Below, piece by piece: positions 51,073 through 63,278 of a DNA stretch of 64,000 nucleotides. Position 1 is the stretch's first letter; the number at the start of each line of letters is the position of its first letter. The DNA is taken from assembly GCF_018977255.1 (NCBI RefSeq), contig NW_024704755.1, positions 9,672,001 to 9,736,000 on the forward strand, read 5' to 3'. The position numbers were made by a program, and so were the translations under genes. The notes under the pieces were generated by a model. The model had not been told where the DNA came from. It ran no database searches and was given only the letters and a program-made list of their open reading frames with translations. The DNA comes from Callorhinchus milii. Lineage: Eukaryota.

Positions 51073-52567
51073 TGAATACATCAGGGTAAGTTTTTGATCT
51101 CCACTCCAGGGTAGCAAAATAGATTAGCTTTTTCCACGTGCCCTCCTTTTCAGAAACTCTTGCCCTTCCCTTATATCGCTTCACCCCATCTCCAAGGATC
51201 TCCAAGAATACCAGCGGGAAGAGACCTGAGAATAGATTAAGCTGGCTAACCATCCCCATACTAGGGAACGATATGATGCAGGAAGACCTAAGACTGTGTG
51301 AAATTAAAAAGCAAATCACCATTTATGCACATTGTTTGAGCAACATTCTCTCTCGTAAATGTTCTGGCTGCCCTTCCTTGGAAAACATCCAACTTTCAAA
51401 ATAATTATCCCATCATTTATTTTCTCTCTATATATATTATATACTATATATTATATATATCACAACCGATCTTTGCTGTGACTTCTTTGTTCTTCACCCT
51501 TTTGTAAATACTGACAACCAAACTAATCGTCACACTGCAAAACAAAAAGGGTTTAACTATTTCAATAATAAAACCCGATTACTGCATTTGTACTTCAGGC
51601 TAAACAGGACTTCACCACTCACGATGAATGAAAACATTAAATCTATAAAAATATCTGCTGCAGCTGCAGATTGCAAAGGAACCTGGGAATGTGCAGCAGT
51701 TTCTAACCAGTTGCTGTTTACAATACTCCTATGACTGTACTCTCAAGCCAAGTCTGAAGGAGCCAGTTTCAAAGAGAATTTCAGGCCCATTTCACTGCTG
51801 CCCACCATTATGGGCTCAATGCCAACTTTATTTCCCAGGACAGTATACAAAAGGTAAGAAAACAGTTGTTGTTTAATTGCATTTTCTGAAGCGAAAAAAG
51901 TCTGCAAAATTGATCAAGACTGTTTACATTCTATGGCCCAATTTAATTTTGAAAATCATCAAAGAGGCTGGTTGAAGGCTAAACAAGGAGAGGTTACCCT
52001 AAACATGGGCCCCTTTAACACAACTTGATTGTGTAGACAATCATTTCAGGTTTCTGAATAGGTAATAAAACAAAACCAACGTGTAACTTTCTTTAGCCAG
52101 TGATATAAAATGGAGCGACTCCAGTAATGTACTTGTGCTGTGTGTGGGACTTGTGTTCCAATCCAGCGTGAAGTTTTCAAGTAGGAATAAAGTGCGAATC
52201 AAAGCACTGCGGTGTGTACGCAGCTGACTGAGCCTGGCAAACTGATGGTTGGTAAAGGTGTAATCTAAAAAAAGATAGTGGATTAAATATAAATTCACGC
52301 ACTATTCAAATGCGATTCACAATGCCATTTGGACTCCTCCCATTGAAAGGATGTTTAACACAGTCACAGATGCAACCCAATCATCACAAGCACAAATACA
52401 AGTGCAGTTTTGCAACTTTCCTTTTCACGGCATGTTTGAGAAATGCAAATTCAAGAAGAGAGAAAGATTTCAAAGAACCCAGAGGAGTACATTTACACAA
52501 AATGTGGCAATGTTTCAAGCAATTCGAAGGATCACCATTTTTCATGAGCTTTTAGCTCTGTCCTCAA

Positions 52568-52690
52568 CCATTTCGCTACAAAAATCACTGTCATCACACT
52601 AAATCGTGTGTTCTGTGAAGTGCTTTGAGACATCCTCCTGGCATAAAAGGCACTACATCAAATGCAAGAATTATAATTATTGATATTATT
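52568..52690 (+). mobile_element. SINE tail
   Basis: ttctgtgaagtgctttgagacatcctcc...aaaggcactacatcaaatgcaagaattat. Confidence 0.75.
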
Positions 52691-53531
52691 CTGGGCAGTG
52701 TCATGTCTGTCACCAAGGCTCTGACCTTAAAACCACTCTTGCCTGTTGACTTCGCCTCTAGAAAACAAATCATTACGTTGATGAGCTGATACATTGCTAG
52801 CAGTTAAAAGATGACTGTCTCTCTCCTTTGCATTGGGAGGAGTTCTATTTCACTTGGTGCTCCCATCCCCCCAAACATGTCAGCAAAGCATCTTGGAGAT
52901 ATGTGTCAGTTGAGTAAGTGATGTTTACAAACTTCTGCTTAATACTGGAAATGTAGTGAGTCTGAACCCCCACTTTCCCGAAGGTTAAATGCAAGTCAGC
53001 CTCCCCACCTCTTCCCCCCGCCAAAACGTATCCCTGTAGAAGAAGGACCAAATGAACGCTAGAGAAGATGAGAGTAAACCCTTCATCAACCACAGGCATC
53101 ATAAGAATCGTGGCCCAACCCATCTGAACACCTTCAACGGCCAGGCTTGTCCCAGGTTCCCCTTAATCAAATATCATCAGCAAAACAGTCTCTCTCTTAT
53201 ATTAGTACAAAAATCAAACTCATTGCATTAATCCAGACTCCTGCAAATCCCCATGGAAGCAAAATTTACAGCTGTGCCAGCACGGAAATCAATCTCAAAT
53301 CCTGAGGAAAAAAATAGATAAAATAAACAAAACAATATGAACACTTCCTTTTCTACGTTCATCTTTCTCCTCCTCTTGGCTTCATATCATTGTGTAGTTA
53401 CTTCCAGCTTGGGGGTGGGGAAGGAAAGGAAGGAGGGGGCAGTGCTGAGTTTCTCAGTGGCTGGCTTCAGTCCTACTCCAACATTTATTGGCAGTCAACA
53501 CAGTCTGAAGGAGGTGAGATGCACAACATCA

Positions 53532-54335
53532 GTTTTAACCTTTTAAAAATGGTAGGACGTGACTCTGTTAGTGTATGTGTAAGTTTAGGTGTATTTGTAA
53601 CCCCAAAGTGCCATCAGTGCCCTAATCAAAAAATGGCAAAAGTCACTGAATCAAAGTCTACAGTCTCTGGGAGTCAAATCCAGGCATCAGGAAACCACTC
53701 TGTCATTTGCTTTATCAGATCACATTACAAGGAAGCAGTAAAGAGGAAACCAAACAGTTCATATGTTTCTAAGTTCCTCCTCTCCCCCACCCCAAATTCC
53801 ACAAACCAGAAGGCAGGGAAGTGACCCACCTCTTAGTTTCAGTCATTTTAAATCTTAACCGACTGCTACATTCCCAGTCTGGGATGTTCCATGACTAGAT
53901 GATGGATGCTGCAAGGAAAACAGCCTAGGCTTCACTCAATATGTGATACAGAACCATATGAACTGGGAAATGCCCAGGTCTGGTATGCATTGAGTTGCAG
54001 TAGTTCGCAACTCAACTGTATTAGCATAATACAATTTAATAATAATAACCTAATCTTTTGTATAGAACCTTTCAAGTCGGGATGATGTCCCAAAGCACTT
54101 CACAGGATTTACTGTGAAGTGGAATGACTGTGTATTTGTAGGTGATTGCAGCACAGTAAAGTCCCACAACAAAGCCATAAAACCAATGACCAATTTTATT
54201 TGAGGGATTGTTGGCCAGGACACCAGGAGAATCTCCCTTCTCTTGTATAATCATGGCAGCATTTCCCAGCTCGTTGAGGATTCGGTTTTAACCTTTTAAA
54301 AATGGTAGGACATGACTCTGTAAGTGTATGTGTAA
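53532..54335 (+). repeat. 51-bp direct repeat pair (53532-53582 and 54285-54335)
   Basis: gttttaaccttttaaaaatggtaggac[g/a]tgactctgt[t/a]agtgtatgtgtaa, 49/51 identical. Confidence 0.9.
54038..54292 (-). mobile_element. 5'-truncated Deu SINE
   Basis: gatgtcccaaagcacttcacaggatttactgtgaagt...ttgagggattgttggccaggacaccaggagaa. Confidence 0.85.
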
Positions 54336-55090
54336 TTGGAAGTATATCTGTGTGCACATTTCCAGATATCGTCCGTGGCTTCTCAAATCAAGAATCAGTC
54401 CACCATTACACCCCAATCTCAAATCGCAAATGCACAGCAAAGATGATCTAGCAGATGACAACTTTATTTAAGCATAAGGCATTAGTCAAAGAAAATTATA
54501 AGACATTTGAAATTGAGTATTACATTTCTAAATAATAAATAGCAAGGATTGATTTGGGTCCCAGTTAGTCTGCAGTGGCCAGAAATGGAGAGCAAACAGC
54601 AACTTTGATCAGTTTACAGAAAAAACAGACCATGTTTCCTAAATTCACCAGCTGATAATTCAAAATTTAATTCTGTAGTGCATATGATGAACTCATCAAT
54701 AAGTCTGGTTTCATTTCCTTTTAAGCTCAAGTTTATATGCATATCTTACATGCATTCACCCCCTCCAGCCTCAACTGTGAAAACAAACTTGCATTATCGG
54801 AATATTTATGGCTGCAATGAATCTGAGTTGGAACTATTTAAATGCCCTCCACCACAAGTTATTAAAATGTAATTTTCACGCTACACTTGGCTAGGGGAAA
54901 CAGCAAGTTGGAACGTGCAAGTTATTAATAATTAACCAACAATTAATAATAAGGTTTATTATTCATGCAAGAAGTGGACCTAAGCTAAGCACACACAACG
55001 CAGTGTTTCTGAACTGTTTAGCTCTTTGACTCATGGATAATATTTTGTTTTCAATGCATTCCAGTGAATACTCTCTACGTTCGAACAAAT

Positions 55091-55427
55091 AGGATTGAGG
55101 TGGGGCTTAAAGGCAGAAAGAGAGGAGGTGAGACAGTGTGGCAGAGGGAGAGAGTTCCAGCAGTGGAACTGGAGTGAGCTGAAGGCTTAGCCACCAATGG
55201 TGGTGCAGAGAGGGCAAAAGGACACGCAGTAAGCCTGAGTTAGCTGAGCAGAAGGGGCAAGTGGAACAACAAGAGTAGGAGAAGATTGGAGAGATGGGGA
55301 GGTACCAAGGGGTGGATGGATTTGCAGGTGAGGGTAAGGTCGGTGTGTNAAAAAAACACAAACATCGATCTGCCGGGAGACAGGGAATCCATGGAGACTA
55401 GTAAGAACTGGCATGATGGGTGTGATC
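55091..55427 (-). mobile_element. L2 LINE 3' ORF2 remnant
   Basis: ITPIMPVLTSLHGFPVSRQID matches L2 HITPVL..LHWLPV..RI.FK; gagttccag...gctgaagg...ccaccaatggtg. Confidence 0.8.
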
Positions 55428-56126
55428 ATAAAAGTCACATTGAAAGGAAAGGTCATAGAAATAGACCTTTATGCCACGTTCCTGGGTATGATTCTCTATG
55501 AGCAGAAATGCCAGTGAAACGACCCTGCCCACAGTGAGCATTCGATTTGGAGGAATATGTATTAAAACACAGCCTTTATTGATTGCTAACAGCTTGGGTA
55601 TTCCATAATATGGCTTCAACTCAGTATTATAAGACTAGCAGTTTTAAGTATTAAGGCTACTTAATACTGTACTTACTTACTTAAGGTGATAAGGCATATT
55701 GTAAAGGCTCTAATTGAATATGCAAACTGGAATAAAAGCAAGTCTGATGTCTCAGTTTTTACAAGGCATCATTTGTCCTTTGCACAAAATGGTTATATCA
55801 CAGAGGCCAGGTGCAGAGCAGCTTACACAGAGAAAGTACGTCATGTGTCACACGACACCCCACAAAACATTAACACGAACAGGTTCAGAATCCTCTCCGA
55901 CCCATTGAGAGGTTACGATGATGACAGGTTAAGACAGGTGCACACCCAAGAAGCAGTGGCAACAGTTTGCTGCTCTGTTAGAAAGATCCTTTCCTCCTCA
56001 AACTAACACTGCAATAGGACAGGAGGTAGAGGTCCATATCACCTCAGTATTGAATGTCAAGTTAATTTCATGTGACATTGGCCCACAAAAATAATCATAT
56101 CTCACTTTGAGTCTCGCTTTGTTTTA

Positions 56127-56242
56127 GGCACTTGTCCACAAAATACAGTCACTCCACTTTTACAGCATATGCTGCGATGGGCTTTGAGACAAACTCTGTA
56201 TGTGAAAGACAGTAAATCAAATGCAAGGAATATTATTGTTAT
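56127..56242 (+). mobile_element. Decayed SINE tail
   Basis: ccacaaaatacagtcactccac...gctttgagac...tcaaatgcaaggaatattatt. Confidence 0.7.
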
Positions 56243-57652
56243 GATTTGACTATTTTGATATGCTTTTCTACAACTTAGAATTCAAAGCAAATTATAATTT
56301 CGGGGAGCATATTATTCCCATGACTGCAAATGGAATGCGCTATTAAACAAGTAAAGCTTAACTACAGCATATTAATCCAGACCAAACTACCATCTATAAT
56401 ACAGGTGCATAATCCTGCTGAATTACTTTGAATTAAGCTTTGCTATAAGGTGATAAAATGATTTATCCTTTGTGACATAGGCCTATCCTGTGTCATGCAA
56501 GTTAAGGAGATCACGCTTAAAGCTAGCAAGTCCTTGGAGGATAGAAATAACATGAACATAACGGGGCAATTAAGATTTTCTTGAAATCAGTAGCAAGCAG
56601 ATAATCGCTTTTGCAGGATGGCATTAATGGGCACGAGAATTAAAATATATAGTTGAACAATTCTTCTACAGAATTTTTTTTCTCCACATTTCCACAAGCT
56701 CTGACACATGAGCTTCTCATTGAAGTTCTCAGTGACCACTCATTGAGGTTCAGTGTAGAGAAATAATTGGAAACCCAGGCTCCCTACAGCACAGGTTTCT
56801 TAACCTTGAAGACAGGTGGTTTAACATCAAATTAACAGCAGATTTTCCTTCAATCTTTTTGCTTGTCTGAATAAAATGCTAACCAGGTCTCAACAAAAAA
56901 AACATAATATATCCCGGTTACATAAAGCACAAGGATGTTAGCAGTGAGAGTCCAAGTGGAGGGGAAAACACTGATTAAAAACAAGGGGTTTTGCAGGTAA
57001 TTAAATAGATCTGTACCGTATTTCTCCATTTGCATCTGTTTAATACACCCGTGAGCCAACATTACTCTAAGACAGTGGACTACAGTTTACATATGAATTA
57101 CAATATGCTCAATACAGAAGAAACTCTCAATAGAGTGTAACCTTAGAAGAAAGAGATTCTCTAATTAACATGTAATAAAAGACGTTTAAAAAATAAAGAC
57201 CAGATAATGCCGCCACTTAGAATGGGGACCGTCATGTAAAGAGTTGCTCCTGCGTCAAACTGTTTCTTCCCAGATAATGAACTCAATTATTCATTTATAG
57301 GAATTCATAAGGATATGCCCAATTGTGGCCAAACTGTACGGTTTAAGAGCTGGTTCTACACCTTTTTCTGTAGAATGACAAGTGTACCAACTCGCTCAAA
57401 AGACTCAATTTACTATCTTCGTCATAACCCTTTTAAATTAAAATATAAATTCAGGAAAGCCTATCAGCTTCTCATTAAGGGCACTGGTTGAAAAATGCCA
57501 TTAATCAACTCAAACATATGGACTAAAATACCACTCATCAATTCTATCTGCTTATGACAGTTAACAAAGCTTTATATTTGCCCCGAACATACAGTAATCT
57601 ATCAATTATCCCTGGGTTCACTCTCACACTAATTGTACATTTTCCCCTCTAA

Positions 57653-57816
57653 NNNNNNNNNNNNNNNNNNNNNNNNNNNNNNNNNNNNNNNNNNNNNNNN
57701 NNNNNNNNNNNNNNNNNNNNNNNNNNNNNNNNNNNNNNNNNNNNNNNNNNNNNNNNNNNNNNNNNNNNNNNNNNNNNNNNNNNNNNNNNNNNNNNNNNNN
57801 NNNNNNNNNNNNNNNN
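57653..57816. other. Assembly gap (164 N)
   Basis: Run of N. Confidence 0.99.
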
Positions 57817-58361
57817 CTTTGCTATCTAGATATTGCTTTGCCAGTCATAAAGGGAAAGTGTGCAGTGCATCGGTGGTGGAATTCAGCCAGGTTAACTTTA
57901 AATGACTGTGAAAGACTTTGTCAAAGGATATGCACAGCCACTTCAGGTGTAGTGACCATCTGTCCCACGAGGCATATATGTAACTGACTCCCTGTGTTGT
58001 ACCCAGCTCTCAAAACTGCATCACCTCTGCGATCTTGTTTACTTCTCTTTTCTAAATGATATTTTCGTTGGGGGACTCGGTCAAAAGCCGTTTGTCACAA
58101 AGATTTAACAACTCAATTGCACACGACAGATCGAACTAAATCTCCAGGATTAACATTTTCTTAAAAGTATTAACTAATCATCTTACGGGCGGAGATTTCT
58201 GAAAGTGATGGAAAATGCTAATGAGGATTATAGTTATTAAGATAATTTTGCTACTTGTTTTGTCATGGGCATCACAGAGTGCAAGTCATAAGCAACAGAT
58301 GTTTGGGAAATTTCCACTATGATTATGCTGCTATCTACACTCAGTTATAGTCACTGACAAC

Positions 58362-58393
58362 ACACAATACATACATATATATATATATATATA
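58362..58393. repeat. (CA)/(TA)n microsatellite
   Basis: Seen directly. Confidence 0.85.
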
Positions 58394-59029
58394 TCTTAAA
58401 TAGGGACATTTGCTTCAGTCAGTACTTATTCCCACACTTAACACTGTAATGGGTACATTGAAGGTTCTGATTCTGGCATTCAGGACTAAGTGCTGCTAGA
58501 GAGTTGTTGTGGAATATAAAACTCCTTTGGGGAAGGAAGTGTTATTTTGCCTGAAAGAGTCTATGCCAGTCTGTGTTTTGGCAATGTAGACTGGAGTTCA
58601 AACAGTATCGGAGGTGTGTAAAGGAGCCTGGTTCATCAGTTCAGACTGACACACACTAAATTAACTTGCTATGCAACTGGGAGCCCCATTAACACAGGCC
58701 CGAAGAGATGCTGGAGAGTTAACTATCAATGTGATGCATGCGTGGAGAAGGTGCCTCATAAGCTGGATCTGAAATGAAAATAAACTCCACTCAGAAAACC
58801 CCTCCTGAGTCCCAAGAGGGGACATTTAGCTCTGCAATAACTCCAGAGATCTCCACAGGAGTAAATAAGACTCGGGTGATGTGCTAATAGCTCGGGGTAT
58901 AGAAAAACAGAGTGTGCAGTAGGAAAAGGGATACCATCCGAGACTGTCAACAGAAATAGCAATGTTGTTCTTACAACATTGTTATTTCAGATGCTGACCA
59001 ACAGATAGGATTAAGGAATAAACACAACA

Positions 59030-59530
59030 GCTCTGCATAAAATTATACAACCGCAGAGAGTAATCAATCACCGACGGAAGCTCAAATTAAATCAACTAAT
59101 TCATCTTGTACCATATATAACTACTGTATTATTGCAGCGACTTCTTTGCACTTCTCTCGGTTTGTTTCAGGTAATTTATCTGAAGCAGCCATTTCCAATG
59201 TCAGCTTCTACTAATCTTTCCTGTCGCAACATTTTTTTTCATACCAGATACAAACTACTATTGATTTTATAAATGCGAAGACAAAATGCAATCATCTCCT
59301 CTCTCAAACAGCGTAATTAAAATGTATTTGGTGAACTGTACTGCTCCTAACCAGCGACAGGGAGGGGCGTTCCAGTTCAGTAGGTCAAAGACTGATTAGC
59401 TTTTATGACAGCAATCACAATTAAAAGAATAGTCTGATCCAGGGTGACTGTGCAGACAAAAACCTTTTCCTTTTAACCGTCAAATCATTTTCAGAGAAAT
59501 GAATGACAGAAAGCTGTGAGAAAACAATAA
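59030..59530. promoter_or_regulatory. Candidate enhancer/CNE containing a DR2 element
   Basis: AGTTCAgtAGGTCA at 59374-59387, GC-box ggaggggcgt beside it, taatcaatca (PBX-HOX-like), gtaattaa, ttttatga; repeat-free. Confidence 0.45.
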
Positions 59531-61079
59531 AGGAGGAAGGTTTCTCAATACCCCAAATCTATACTTGAAGCTTTTTTCCCCAGGAAGCAATGGGTCTATA
59601 ATAATGATGTATTACAGTACTTTGATTTCAATTTTATCTCGCAGGTCTCCTGCTTTTCTTGAGGAAAAGGATTATTGGGCTCCGTTAGATGCTCTTGATC
59701 ATTCAAGTAGTTTCTATTTAAGCAAGACTTGCATTCTGTTCAGTAGAGAACTGCCCATGAACTCATCAGAGACAGTGGTCCTGATATCAACAGGGGTTTG
59801 TGTCGAAATCTTATTCACATGCTTGCCACCAAGATAGCTCTGAGGGGGTAAGACTGTGCTCAAAGCCACAAATAAAGATAAACAACAATTATCATAATTG
59901 CAGAAACACTCAGCTGCAAAATAACTAAATCTGATTAAGGGTACTGCTTCATGATCAAATATTAATCTGATGTCTTCTGTCTAACCTGGTTCCAACATAA
60001 GAGGCTTCTTGTGGTCTTATGTATTAACAGATTTGCAGAAGGCTTCAGAGCTGAACTCATACTACCTAATAATAATGTGCACCAAAGTCACAGCAATAAA
60101 CAGGTTTTAGCAGCACATAAGGCACTTTTTATTTAAAGCTGATTAAAGGGAACTTTTATTAACAAGCATTTTGAAATTCAAGCTGAATAATTGGATTTCA
60201 ACTAATTGTATTCAGTTATTCCAATTTCCTCGCATATTCCACCCCCCACCCCCCCTGACTACTTTGCAATCCTCTTTTATGCAAAACTGTTCGGTTCTCG
60301 AGTAAGAAAATCTTGTGTTTATCAAAGACTGCTTATCAGCAGATGAGACTGCTCAAAAGTAAGGAGCCTTATGTCTAATATCTCCGTCAGACTTCTGGAT
60401 GCACTAATCTGAAGCAGGTTTCCCCCAAGATTGGGCCAGCCACACTGCCCCAATTCGTGTGTATCTGTGTGTGTGTGTGAGCGTGTTAAAAAAAACAAGG
60501 TTTAGATAACCTGCGGGTCATCCTTACAGTGCATCGCGCAACAATGTGCGTCATTGAGCAATGAATTCCGGCATGTGCAATCCAGAAATTCAACTGGCTT
60601 GCACTTCCACTACAGCTGTCTCTATGCATTGCTGCTGTCAAACAATCACAGTGTGCTTGCTGCCCCTGCTTGTGCTGCAGTTTTACTATCCTTCTGGGAC
60701 TGCTAGTGCCAGTTCCAAGAGCAGACAACGGTACAACAGGGATATTAACTTGGCTTTGGCTGGGAGCATTTTGGGAATCTGCTGCTCAGAACCTGACAAT
60801 TTTTTTTGATATACAGTTTGAGCAGATTTAGCTCCTGCTGCCACTGCTGTTTGCTGCTACTGGCCTGATGAGTGCGAGCGGATAAGCAGTGACTGGCTTC
60901 CACCCAGCAACAGCTGCACCCATTTCCTAGCCTTACTGACCAGTACCATGGTTCTATCAGAGCAGAAGACAGTAAAGAATGATAGGCTTGGGCTGGCAGA
61001 CTTATTCTCTAACTCTACGTTGGAATCTGCAACTTTAAACTCTACCTTTATGTGGAACTCGGGCCGAGTGTTCCCTCCG

Positions 61080-61298
61080 TAGATCTTTTCCGGGGGCAAT
61101 ATTCCCTTAAAAATATATATAATTTGGTCACTCAATCCACAACTGTACCTGGGACACTGCTGTGCGCAATTGGCTGCCACGTTTTGCCCATAAAATACAC
61201 AGCTAATTCAATTTATGGAATATTCTGCAAAGCACTTTGAGATGTCTAAAAGACATGATAAGGCGCTATATCAAATGCAAGGATTATTATATTATTAT
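61080..61298 (+). mobile_element. SINE 3' half (26.4-kb family)
   Basis: gctgtgcgcaattggctgccacgttttgccc...gataaggcgctatatcaaatgcaaggattatt. Confidence 0.85.
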
Positions 61299-61352
61299 AA
61301 AAATTAAATACGTAACAGGGTCCTACAAAAGCTGGATGAGAAAAAACAAAAC

Positions 61353-61474
61353 CATTTCATGACTACAAATACACAGTCACTACATTTTTTCAGTGAAATC
61401 CTGTGAAGTGCTTTGAGAGGTCTCGACGACGTGATAAGCTTTCTATACCAAATGAAAGCATTATATTTATTATT
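61353..61474 (+). mobile_element. SINE tail
   Basis: acacagtcactaca...aaatcctgtgaagtgctttgagaggtctcgacgacgtgataag. Confidence 0.75.
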
Positions 61475-61712
61475 TCACAAATACATTTGTGACTATTAAA
61501 TGACTTTGACATGATAATCACTTAAGTACCATAAATTTTTATAATATCTTTATAGGGTTGAATCCAACACTCCATATCAGGTCAACATTTGCTGTTGTTG
61601 CATTAAAGCTATATTCCCAACACAACTTTTACAGTCAATCAAAACTATTTGATTTGCATTTAAACAGACCTTAGATAACAGACAAATCCCACTCTCCTTT
61701 GTACACATATCT

Positions 61713-61790
61713 GGAAGGAGGAAAGGGAGGAAGCAAGGCGAAGGCACTGGGGGATCGAGTTCCAGAGCCTAGGGGCTGAGAGGCTGAAAG
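61713..61790 (-). mobile_element. L2 fragment
   Basis: gcaaggcgaagg...gagttccagagcctaggggctgagaggctgaaag. Confidence 0.6.
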
Positions 61791-63278
61791 AGTATAAATG
61801 GGTGCTACAGGATCTGAACTGCACTGGGCTATGTTTAATTTGGAAATGTTAAAGCTGAAAATGTATTTCTAGTGAGTTAATAGTTATATCCATGGAAAAA
61901 TTAAAGAGCAAGTACTCTTGAGGCTTTCCACGTGCTGTTTTATTACTAATTGTTTAATTTTTACGTCCAGAAGAATTCAATCTAAGCTACTTGGATGTGC
62001 AGACACACCTTAGTTATTCGGAGCGGGTAATCATAAATCAGATTTCCTGCTCCAAACGGTTTATTCTGAAGGAAATACGTCACATTGCTCTAGCAGTATA
62101 AAAAGATTCATCATCCTCTTACCACTCTGAGCAGTGCATTTGTGGTGATTTTCGTAACCGAATTTTGCAATTAAGAAATGCAGCAAAATTGAACCCGTTT
62201 ATCCTTATTCTCTGGACTGACTGAATAGTAATATTATTCCAAGTCGACAGTTTAACGGCTCAAAGGATAATGTTTGGATTCCCAAACCCAGTGCGGCTAT
62301 TTGAGCTGCGCCACCTCAGTTGGGACAAGGTTAGGTCCCAGTTTGAGAGTTGGACAGCGCAAGAGGGTCCCCTGTGCAATCCTGACTTATTATTGCCCTC
62401 CGAAGTGCAGAGTGATACAAGTTGCACAGACTCTCAGACCAACCAGTCTTCCTGGTTCTGATGGGGAATGGTCTGTGCAAAGCGCAGAAGAGAAAACCTT
62501 TAAGTGGAATGTTTAAAAAACAAAATTAACTGTCAGCATTGGTTGCAGTTAGGAGAAACTATCGCACGCAGCACAAGTAAAATAATAAATAGGAGATATA
62601 ATTTCCGTTCATTGATTTGTACTGTTACAGTAGGTATTTAGGTCCGTCTACATTATGTATGTATTGCAGTATTCTACAACAGTCAGACTTATCTAATGGA
62701 GTAATTAGGCTTCTATTTCTGCTTTATTAACTCTGTTTCAACGCTGCCCTGCCCTCTGTCACCAAGAGTACTAATAGGCGATAATCACCATGATTTGGAA
62801 ACCATACAAATTAAGTGATGAAGTGTGAGAAAGCTAACTAATGTACCATGTTCAACGACAAAGCAGTTCGCTTTCTGCCATCTTGCAAGCAATTATTAAC
62901 ATATGTAAACTAGCGGAAAATGTACAAATTGAGGCATTGCACAGAGCTCCTGGGTTCAATCCATGTAACAGATCAGCAAGCACCGATTGTGCAAAAATAT
63001 TGCATCGCCATGAACCTTGATGCAATAAGAAAACAAAACAATTTTATATTTTAATTGTTCTCTAATGTCTTAACCAATAACTTGTGATACACACTGGCAA
63101 ACGTTGCAAACATAATTTGGTTTGTGATCCAGATGATGCTACAGGCAGCCTTAATCCTCAATTGTAACCTGATTTCAAGCCACCCAGTCTCCTCTTTTGC
63201 ATACTTCAATCCTATTGACCCTTAAATAGATTTTGCACAGCGTTAACTTTATGTGGTGAAGCAGGGCTGAATGTTAAA

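Noticed and set aside
53390-53824. 144-aa ORF
   Set aside because: GTG start, low-complexity purine tract, includes the duplicated 51-mer; no homology.
53990-54015. 9-bp perfect hairpin (similar ones at 23-42 and 11005-11024)
   Set aside because: Short enough to arise by chance or local slippage in 64 kb.
62316-62360. Hairpin ctcagttgggac/gtcccagtttgag and REST half-site ggacagcgc
   Set aside because: Short imperfect stem and only half of the RE1 motif; expected by chance.
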